From the NCBI GenBank assembly GCA_016867315.1, contig VGJV01000001.1:130649-194648 (forward strand): a DNA stretch of 64,000 nucleotides, in the 5' to 3' direction. The DNA comes from Candidatus Liptonbacteria bacterium. GTDB lineage: Bacteria; Patescibacteriota; Minisyncoccia; UBA6257; 2-01-FULL-56-20. Of the stretch, positions 36,066 to 43,793 are shown piece by piece. Each line of letters opens with the position of its first letter. Within the stretch, counting starts at the first letter, position 1. The position numbers and the translations under genes were made by a program. The notes below the pieces were generated by a model that worked only from the letters and a program-made list of their open reading frames with translations, searched no databases and was not told where the DNA came from.

Positions 36066-38630
36066 TTAGTGATTGGGGTGGTCTCCTCCGCCGCCGCTAC
36101 TGCTGCCGAAAGGACTTTCTACCTTTGGCGCGTGTTCTTCTTTGTGTGCGTGTTCGCCATGGTCTTCGCCTTCATGCACATGCGCCTCATGTTCTTGGCT
36201 CGTCATGTGGCTGGCGAGACTTTTGTTAAGATTGTCGAGGCCTTTTTGCAATTTCTTTTTCAAATCCCCCGCGGAGGCATTGATTCCTTTGTTGTAGGTA
36301 GTTTTCATCAATTTTTCGAAACTCTGTAGTTGTTTCGCATTCAACTTCCCAATAATTTGAGGGACTAGCTGTTGATTGGTGTGTGCCATTTTCTCGGCAA
36401 GTACTTCAGCCATTATTTTAATACTCTCTTTGCTCAACCCGAATGCAGGTTTGTCTCCAAATATTTCTTTATATTGCACTTTGTCGCCTTTCTTTAGTTC
36501 CTCTACTTTTTTCTGTATCTCTTTTTGTTTTTCTAGCGCGTTGACTGTTCTTCCTGTAGGCTTGCCAGTTTCGGGGTCGATTTCGGCCACCTCCGCCTTT
36601 TCTCGCGCAGCTTGAGTCGCTTGTTTTACATATTTTTCAAACTCGGAAGGCTCATTGGCTTTTTGGAGAGCACTCTCTCTCGCATTTTCGGCTTTCTCAG
36701 GGCTATCACCGTGCGCGATTGCTTCTTCGTAGGCGACTTGACCTTTTTTATACCGGGCTACTGCTATTGCTTTGTCGCGTGCTTCCTCAGCTTCCTTGTC
36801 GTTGTCTCCGTGCATTTTAGCTTCTTCATAAGCCTTTTTACCGGCTTCCGATACTTCGGTGTCGCGGGAAAGGCCTTTTCTTTCCGCCCACATTTCCGCT
36901 TCCTCCCCGGCAATTTTTTCAGCTTCGGTCATTGCTTCTAGATAGGGTTTGGACAAACCTGCCCAATCCGTGGCTTTTTGCGCATTCTCATACGCTTCTT
37001 CCTTCCCAAATCGCTTAAAGGCGGCTTTTTGATCCGGAGCAATATATTTCGCATCTACCTTATCGAGCCAACCTTCCTTTGTGGCTTGTTCAATAAGCGC
37101 AATGCGGCGAGCCATGTTCGCTCCCGGGATCAAATTCGCTTTTTGCTGATTGGTCATTCCGGCGGTTTCTTTCTTCACAATTTCCGCTTCTTCTTTGGCG
37201 AGCTTGCCGGTTATCCTTACTTCCCCGGCTTGAATAGCCTCTCCTATTTTTTGACCTGCGAATTGTACGCCTGATAATTTAGCAGCTTTTCCTAGCCCTC
37301 TCATAAATCGATTACTGCTGTTCTGACCATACCCGCCGGACATCATTTTATTGGCTATATTTGGTACCCAGCCCTTAGTTTGGAGTACTTTTCCGCCGAG
37401 TTGCTTAGAGCGGCGGATACCCCAGTTCCCTACTGCTTTTACCGCCCACTTCGTGGCGTGGCCTCCGGCAATCCCGAATTTTTCAGCGACAATGATTCCT
37501 CCGATCGAGAGTCCTACAAGCACTGCGGCTTGGAGGAAAGTGCCAATGGTGTTTGAGGCGCCGCCCAACACGAAGTTCGAAAGCCCCGTAAGGAAGCTCG
37601 TATCATCTGCGGAGGTAAGCCCCAATCCTTTTAAAGCGGCGTATGGATTCGTGCCTCCTTCTTGAGACATTTTTTCCGAGGTGATGATCACAAGCCACAA
37701 GAAAAAAAGCGAGACAGGGGCGAAGAAGGTCCATTTCCAAAATTTATCCCACCATGAGGACCACCACTTCGAGGTATTAGGGAAAACCCACAGGAGCCAG
37801 ACAAGAGGCATGACGATGAGGAGCATCCCTATATAGATGTACCGGACTACAAGCATCCAGAAAAATACCGCGATTGTAATGCAGATCACGATAAGGATGA
37901 CCGCGGCGAATATGAGACTTATAAAAGGGGCAAAAATGGCTCCGAGAGACTGGCCAGCTGCAGCTGCCCCTCCGACTTTTTGCAAGTCTTCCATTTCAGT
38001 GGTGTAGTCTGCTTGAGAAAGAGTGGGATTGAGTATCGCTCGTTGAGGATTGAAAGCGCCTCCGAAGGCTTTAGCAAATTCGTGAAAACCTCGCGTTCCC
38101 CCTCCGCCTCCTGGAAGAGCGGTCAAAAATACTTTCGAGAATTGATCGGAGAAGTTTAGAATCCCCCCTGTAATGACCAAGCTGAAGTTAACCAGAAGAG
38201 CTGCGACAATGAGTTTCACGAGGAGCTTTTTCATTCCGTACGACTCGTAGCGGATGATTGTGGCGATAGCGATGATAATGATGCCAAGTACGAACCCCAG
38301 GTTTGCCACTTGGAGCGAAACCTCGAAGCCTTTTTGTACCGCGGTGGTATTGATGATATTTGTATTCAGCTCGAGCATGATGCCTATCCCGATGACCATG
38401 AGAGAGAGGAAAAATCCCACTACGGAGGTCACAAGATATGCAATCACAAAGGCCACCCAGCCTATGGCTCCTCCCAGGACGCTGCCAATTCCAAAGAGGC
38501 CGGTGAGCCAGCCCCCAAATTGGGCATGAGTGGGTAAAGGCAACAGGAAGGCGGTAGATATTCCGATACTTGCCAAGGCGATTATCGGTTTTCGCCAGAG
38601 TCGATTCACTATAGAAAAAAGGAAGTTCAT
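36066..38630 (-). CDS. VirB6/TrbL-like polytopic membrane protein with a long cytoplasmic tail
   Basis: ALLVNFSL, many TMs, LxRYIYIGMLLIVMPL...WWSSWW...FFAPV; upstream of prgI/virB4. Confidence 0.75.
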   Translation of the reverse strand: MNFLFSIVNRLWRKPIIALASIGISTAFLLPLPTHAQFGGWLTGLFGIGSVLGGAIGWVAFVIAYLVTSVVGFFLSLMVIGIGIMLELNTNIINTTAVQKGFEVSLQVANLGFVLGIIIIAIATIIRYESYGMKKLLVKLIVAALLVNFSLVITGGILNFSDQFSKVFLTALPGGGGGTRGFHEFAKAFGGAFNPQRAILNPTLSQADYTTEMEDLQKVGGAAAAGQSLGAIFAPFISLIFAAVILIVICITIAVFFWMLVVRYIYIGMLLIVMPLVWLLWVFPNTSKWWSSWWDKFWKWTFFAPVSLFFLWLVIITSEKMSQEGGTNPYAALKGLGLTSADDTSFLTGLSNFVLGGASNTIGTFLQAAVLVGLSIGGIIVAEKFGIAGGHATKWAVKAVGNWGIRRSKQLGGKVLQTKGWVPNIANKMMSGGYGQNSSNRFMRGLGKAAKLSGVQFAGQKIGEAIQAGEVRITGKLAKEEAEIVKKETAGMTNQQKANLIPGANMARRIALIEQATKEGWLDKVDAKYIAPDQKAAFKRFGKEEAYENAQKATDWAGLSKPYLEAMTEAEKIAGEEAEMWAERKGLSRDTEVSEAGKKAYEEAKMHGDNDKEAEEARDKAIAVARYKKGQVAYEEAIAHGDSPEKAENARESALQKANEPSEFEKYVKQATQAAREKAEVAEIDPETGKPTGRTVNALEKQKEIQKKVEELKKGDKVQYKEIFGDKPAFGLSKESIKIMAEVLAEKMAHTNQQLVPQIIGKLNAKQLQSFEKLMKTTYNKGINASAGDLKKKLQKGLDNLNKSLASHMTSQEHEAHVHEGEDHGEHAHKEEHAPKVESPFGSSSGGGGDHPNH

Positions 38631-41600
38631 TATTGTTGGACAGTCAGGGTGCGCACTCGCGGGGTGGCGGCTACGCCGTCCACTTCTAAGGTGTAGGTAA
38701 GCCGATAGGTGCCGGGAGGAAGGGTGTACAGAGAAGAGGTTGGATTTAGAGGTTTAATGGTGTTCCGTGCGGAATCTTCTATTTTCACCTGGATTTTGGA
38801 TTGATCAGCTGGCTGGGGGTTGTTGTAATACGGGTAGGCTTTGGCGGTTACCCATTGAGGTAAAAGCGGATTGATATTAGTGGCCTGTTTTTTCGTGAAC
38901 GAGGCGGGCACTTTTGAGACATCAATTACCGGGCGGAGATGGCGGAAGAGTTCCACTTCACGAAATACTATTCTTTGAGCTTCAAATCTCACCTTCGTGG
39001 TTTTTACGGTGTTTGCTTTTATGTTCCCTACATTCGTCCAGTTTCGAGGATCGTTTCGAGAGCCAGGGCCTCGATATGTTTTTTTCATCGCTGTTTCTTG
39101 GGAAAGGTTCACTTTCTTATCAGCTTCGCTGTTGTCTGTAAGGTCTATTTCATAGCGCGTGTTTTCATCTCCTTCGAAAAGTACGAGAAATGGACCCGCT
39201 TGGGTGCCGGTTTGAGCTCCTACAATTGAATAGGGTTTTAATGTAAATTTTTCTTCGCTTAAGTACTTTACATATTTCACCTCATTGAGGTATTCGGGGG
39301 CAAAGAGAGTCACCTCCCACCAGCCAGGATTATTATCCCCTCCATAATTATCGGAATAGGAGTCAAGGGTTCCATCTACCGCCTCCGAAGCGAACCGGTC
39401 TTTGTAGGTGTGGTTTTGGCCGGTGGTTGCGTCATACAGATTTACTTTGGGGTTCTGCGCCTCCAAATCTTCCAAGCCGGAGAGGAGGATATCTCCTTCT
39501 TCTGGGAAGTATATGTCATCGGGTACCGTTTCGGCTCCGGAAGTTTTGCGAGATTCGCTTACAATTCCAGCTACTCCAAATCTCACGCTTTGAAGGGTTT
39601 CAAGTTGTTTTCGCGCATTGGTACAAGCTTGGCTTTTTACCGTGCATTGGACTGTCACCTGATTTCGCAGCTTACATTCTTGTAAGTTTTGACCTGAAAA
39701 ATTCTTACAATTTCTTTCATCGAGCAATGCCTCCATCTGCTCACGAGCGGTGTCGCACGTGCTGCCGCTCTTTCTGCCGGTGTCGCATTCTGTAACTTCT
39801 TTTTGAATATTACATTCTTGAAGGGCTTGCCCAGTGAGGGCGGAGCAATCCGTGACTGTCACGGTCCCTCCCCTTCCGTAGCTTACTTGCGAGAGTCCCG
39901 AGCCGGTGGGTTGCCCATTAATCGCCGAAACTCCCGAGGTAATGAGGCGAGTGAGCGCCGCGTCTGCGGCCACCGCAATCAGACCTGCAATGTCATTCGC
40001 ATTGATAATGGTGTCCGCTGGTAGGGAAAGGCTTTTGGTGAGTGTGTCGCCCAACACTTTTCCGGGAGTGCGCACGATGGGTTGTTCTCCACCTGGACAG
40101 CCATCCGCCAGGTTAGAGCCGTCTGGCATCGGGCCGTACGGGCGAGGATTACCGTCTTTATCCTGCCCCGGTGGTTTGCCGGTCGAGGGACAGATTTCCG
40201 TGCTTAGGAATCCGCTTCCGGCGAGGGCTTTATTTTTGGCGGCTTCGGCGGCGGCAATTGCTTCTCTCGTTACCCGATCGTGACCCTCAATCATGATGCC
40301 GAAGAAGTTCCCCGTGGGTTGGAAGGTGACTCCGTATTGGATCCAGCCGCCGGCGTGGAAGTTGCTATAAAAATTTTTTATATTTGATACCACTTGATTC
40401 AGCGTGCAGCCGGTGTAGACGGGGACGGTGACTCCTGGGGCTTGAATGGAAATACGCAAAAATGCTCCTAGCTCCGAGGGATAGCAAAGTTCCGGAATCA
40501 GTTTTTCTATTACCGCCCCCGCAGCGTTATTGAAGGCATTCGATAAGAATCCTTTCCAGTCTGTCACGAATTGAGGTTTTCCACCGCCGTTGATCCAGCT
40601 CACGATTTGTTGCTGGAGCATCGCAATAAGCTGATTTTTGAGTTCTTGCAGAAACACTTTCTGGGCCAAATCCCACAAGCGTTGGAGCCAATTTTTCTTA
40701 TCATCAGCTACTTCATTCCCTGTGAGTTTTGCAGCAATCTTATTCAGCGTAGCGTCTAATACTGGTACGCGGCTTCCCTGGGCAAACGCTTGTTTAATTC
40801 CTAAAAGGCGTTCTAGCAAAGAAAGCTGGGTTTGAGGAGAGAGAGAAGAAAGATCGAGGAGTTCGGTTTCCCTCGCGAGATTTTGCATGTCTCTGAAGAG
40901 TACCCCCTCCGCCTGTTTTTCTACCTCTTTAATTATTGCGATCGACTTTAAGGGATCGTCTGGTTCTCCCAAGGCTACGTCCACCATTTTTTTCTGGTTC
41001 GAGACGAGCGTGAGTAACTTCTTATGAAATTCCAAAAGAGGTTGAGGCACACTCGCTTTCAAAAGAGCTTGCGTGGCGCTTCTATATACAGTTACCCCGG
41101 CGTAAATTGCTTCGAGACTGGCGGATTTTTTTTGCAGGTTCTCAAAATCATTGCTCAGAATAGTACGATTGAGGACGTCTTCAGTCGTCGCAATATATTG
41201 GGCGAAATCTTGTTCGTTGGGATTTGAAATCAGAGAAAGTTCTTTCTCGTTCACACTTTCCGGAAATTCAGGAAGTTCTTTTAAGAGCGCAGGAGCATCT
41301 ACTAGATTTTGTGTAATAAGTGTTTCGAGGGTGGTGCGGTTGGGAGAGGTAAGGCCATTCGCAGGACCATTGAGGGTGCCTACCGCATCATTTACTCGAA
41401 TTACTTCCCCTGCCAAAATGTTTCCCAGTCGGCGAGTGAGGTTGGTCGAGCTCGCATGTCCGGAGTTAAGAGAGGCGGAGGGAGAAAGTGATTGGGTTTT
41501 CGAGGTAAACGCGTTTTCGGGAGCGGCGGATTTGGAGGTGGAGAGAGAGGGAGTGGCTTCAGAGCGTAAGTAATCCAAGAAGCTCGAGGTGCCGAAGGAG

Positions 41601-41662
41601 AAGAGAGTTGCTAACACAGAGAAGAAGAGGAAGCCGGAAATAAGTTTTTTGATATCGGGCAT
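38630..41662 (-). CDS. Large (1010 aa) membrane-anchored multidomain exported protein; first gene of the T4SS-like operon
   Basis: N-terminal TM, Cys-rich repeats, discoidin-like segment, C-terminal Ig-like strand motif. Confidence 0.8.
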   Translation of the reverse strand: MPDIKKLISGFLFFSVLATLFSFGTSSFLDYLRSEATPSLSTSKSAAPENAFTSKTQSLSPSASLNSGHASSTNLTRRLGNILAGEVIRVNDAVGTLNGPANGLTSPNRTTLETLITQNLVDAPALLKELPEFPESVNEKELSLISNPNEQDFAQYIATTEDVLNRTILSNDFENLQKKSASLEAIYAGVTVYRSATQALLKASVPQPLLEFHKKLLTLVSNQKKMVDVALGEPDDPLKSIAIIKEVEKQAEGVLFRDMQNLARETELLDLSSLSPQTQLSLLERLLGIKQAFAQGSRVPVLDATLNKIAAKLTGNEVADDKKNWLQRLWDLAQKVFLQELKNQLIAMLQQQIVSWINGGGKPQFVTDWKGFLSNAFNNAAGAVIEKLIPELCYPSELGAFLRISIQAPGVTVPVYTGCTLNQVVSNIKNFYSNFHAGGWIQYGVTFQPTGNFFGIMIEGHDRVTREAIAAAEAAKNKALAGSGFLSTEICPSTGKPPGQDKDGNPRPYGPMPDGSNLADGCPGGEQPIVRTPGKVLGDTLTKSLSLPADTIINANDIAGLIAVAADAALTRLITSGVSAINGQPTGSGLSQVSYGRGGTVTVTDCSALTGQALQECNIQKEVTECDTGRKSGSTCDTAREQMEALLDERNCKNFSGQNLQECKLRNQVTVQCTVKSQACTNARKQLETLQSVRFGVAGIVSESRKTSGAETVPDDIYFPEEGDILLSGLEDLEAQNPKVNLYDATTGQNHTYKDRFASEAVDGTLDSYSDNYGGDNNPGWWEVTLFAPEYLNEVKYVKYLSEEKFTLKPYSIVGAQTGTQAGPFLVLFEGDENTRYEIDLTDNSEADKKVNLSQETAMKKTYRGPGSRNDPRNWTNVGNIKANTVKTTKVRFEAQRIVFREVELFRHLRPVIDVSKVPASFTKKQATNINPLLPQWVTAKAYPYYNNPQPADQSKIQVKIEDSARNTIKPLNPTSSLYTLPPGTYRLTYTLEVDGVAATPRVRTLTVQQ

Positions 41663-41750
41663 GTGGATAACCGGCGCATTCCTTGTGGATAGAATACGCC
41701 ACCTCTATTATACCCGCCGCGAAACTTACAATTATGCAGTTTTATGCACA
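41662..41750. promoter_or_regulatory. DnaA-box cluster and -10 element
   Basis: TTATCCACA (minus, 41662-41670, perfect), CTATCCACA (minus, 41684-41692), TTATGCACA (plus, 41742-41750), TATAAT (minus, 41707-41712). Confidence 0.6.
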
Positions 41751-41766
41751 GCCCCGTCCTTTTTCT

Positions 41767-42564
41767 CTAGAAAAAGGAGGTGAGGGAGTGAATTTGGGAA
41801 AGAGAGAGGGTTTGGGGGCGGACCGAGGGGTCGATCCCCTTCTCTTTCAGGATTTTGGCGAGTTTCTCTTTGGGGAGCTGGAGGGTGGCGGCAAGATTAT
41901 TGAGCACTGTTTTTCGAGGTTGGCTGAATAATGATTGTACTGTAGCGAAATATTTTTTTTCTTTTCCTTGTTTCACGATGGGGAAAATTTGAATGACTGC
42001 GGATTCTACTTTAGGGGGAGGAGAAAAGGCTCCAGGGGGAATTTGGAGAATAATTTTACCTTTTCCCCAAAATCCCACACTTGCCGCCAATTTATTCATA
42101 TGCGGAGGTTTGGCGAGGAGTCGCTCCGCTACTTCTTTTTGAATCAAAAGAACCGTTAGCTGGGGAGAGGGCTCGCGTTCTCCGATAAGACGTAAGAGAA
42201 ACCCTGTAAGATAGTAAGGAATGTTTCCTACTATTTTATAGGGCAGCTTTGAGCTTTGAGCTTTGAGCTTTGAGATCAGAGAGGGAAGCACTTCTCGAAC
42301 ATCACCCTCTACAATTTCTAGATTTCTGGCTTTGGCAAATTTTATCCGAAGCTCTTCTGCGAGTCGCGCGTCTTTTTCTATCGTTACGATTTTTGGGGGG
42401 CTCGCTAAAAGCTTATCGCTTAACGCTAAAAGCTCTTTCGTGAGTTCCCCGTGTCCTCCCCCTATTTCAATTACCGTTTCTCCTTTTTGGGGAGCAAGGG
42501 CCGCCGTAATTTTAAAAAGCGCGCTTTTATCTTTTAGAAAGTGTTGACCAAGCTTCTGTCCCAT
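41767..42564 (-). CDS. rsmA: 16S rRNA m6,2A dimethyltransferase RsmA/KsgA
   Basis: LGQHFL, EIGGGHGELT, GNIPYY, QKEVAERL, FSPPPKVESAV. Confidence 0.96.
   Translation of the reverse strand: MGQKLGQHFLKDKSALFKITAALAPQKGETVIEIGGGHGELTKELLALSDKLLASPPKIVTIEKDARLAEELRIKFAKARNLEIVEGDVREVLPSLISKLKAQSSKLPYKIVGNIPYYLTGFLLRLIGEREPSPQLTVLLIQKEVAERLLAKPPHMNKLAASVGFWGKGKIILQIPPGAFSPPPKVESAVIQIFPIVKQGKEKKYFATVQSLFSQPRKTVLNNLAATLQLPKEKLAKILKEKGIDPSVRPQTLSLSQIHSLTSFF
42245..42274. repeat. Perfect (AGCTTTG)x4 array inside rsmA
   Basis: Encodes SKLKAQSSKL on the minus strand. Confidence 0.9.
42403..42434. repeat. Heptamer array AAAAGCT TATCGCT TAACGCT AAAAGCT inside rsmA, opposite orientation
   Basis: Encodes ELLALSDKLLA on the minus strand. 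Confidence 0.8.
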
Positions 42565-42632
42565 TTGGGGCTATTATGCCTTGGGAGGGCATTCATGGGA
42601 AGGAAGAACCGTTACGGGTATAATCTCCCTAT

Positions 42633-43793
42633 ATGAGTACCAGGGGCAAAGTTTTGGTGATTTTAGGAAGTGGTCTCTTTATACTTCTCTTATTTTTGGC
42701 TCTGTTCGTGTTTAGGAAGCAGCCTACGCTTCCACAGGCGGTTTATCCAAAAGATTCATACCCCTCTTCTTTAGAAGAAGGGGCTCGCAACGCGTTTTTG
42801 AATTCTAAGGGCGATCGGCTGGTTCCTATGGAAAACGAGAATGGGATGATTTTACCGAGCAGCGATTTTTTACCTACTTCCTCTCGAACGTATTCGGTCG
42901 AAGTGCCCGAGCCGGTGAAGAGTTTTGTCTCGGTTAATACCCCCCCTCTTTCAGAAGAGACTCTTGCTCTCCCCCTTATTCCCGATTCGGAGCTCGCAGT
43001 GGATTCTTCGGGTGTGAAAACTGCTGAGGAATATATAAAGCATTTCATTGCTTTTTCTGGAGAGGTGCAGTTTGATTCTAAGCGTTTTCAATCGGCTCTT
43101 CGAAATTCAGATGGAGTGGCAATTCTTCCGGCTAATTTAATGGAGCAGGCATTGGAACGCAATTCGTTTGTAGAAATAAAACCCTCATTGCTTATTTGGA
43201 AAGAATTTATTTCTGCAAAGCTTGCATTTATGAAAGGCATCAAGGTATATGGCGAGGCTGTGTTGGTGCAGAAGAGGATGCTTGGATTCGATGAGCTTAC
43301 CCTAGGTCTTATTGAGGATGCTTTAAAAGTGGAGGAAGGAAAAATGATGCGTGCAGAATTTGAGAACTTTTTTAAAAAGTTTAGAGCCACTGCGCGACAG
43401 GAGAACCGAGAATTAGGAAAGCAGTTTCAATTAGCAAGGCTTCAGAGGGACGGAGGATTTTTTGACCGTCTCCTCGCTTGGTTCGGAATTCTCCCTGTTT
43501 CTGCGGCTAATCCTCCACTTGGGGCCACTCTTGGGCAGCCTTTGATGTGCACGTGTGAAAACGCGTACTGGATTCCAGTGACGGGGCCCACGGTGCCGCC
43601 CATCGGTTCGATCTGGGTGCCTATGACTTTCTTGTCCTCGCCTCTTTATTATGACAACCAAACTATGCGCGCCGGAGTATGGTGGCTAGGGCTCTATACC
43701 CAAGGCATACAAACCTGCAAAGATGCTTCGGATGAGTGTAGTGGAGTGTGGAGGCAGGGTGCTCCTATTTTTATGACTGGTACAAACAGTTAA
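42633..43793 (+). CDS. Membrane-anchored hypothetical protein with a Cys-containing C-terminal domain
   Basis: N-terminal TM; MCTCENAYW...TCKDASDEC; TATAAT just upstream. Confidence 0.8.
   Translation: MSTRGKVLVILGSGLFILLLFLALFVFRKQPTLPQAVYPKDSYPSSLEEGARNAFLNSKGDRLVPMENENGMILPSSDFLPTSSRTYSVEVPEPVKSFVSVNTPPLSEETLALPLIPDSELAVDSSGVKTAEEYIKHFIAFSGEVQFDSKRFQSALRNSDGVAILPANLMEQALERNSFVEIKPSLLIWKEFISAKLAFMKGIKVYGEAVLVQKRMLGFDELTLGLIEDALKVEEGKMMRAEFENFFKKFRATARQENRELGKQFQLARLQRDGGFFDRLLAWFGILPVSAANPPLGATLGQPLMCTCENAYWIPVTGPTVPPIGSIWVPMTFLSSPLYYDNQTMRAGVWWLGLYTQGIQTCKDASDECSGVWRQGAPIFMTGTNS

Noticed and set aside
41722-41752. dif-like site (GTGCATAA...)
   Set aside because: Poor XerD arm, and the position is near the origin rather than the terminus
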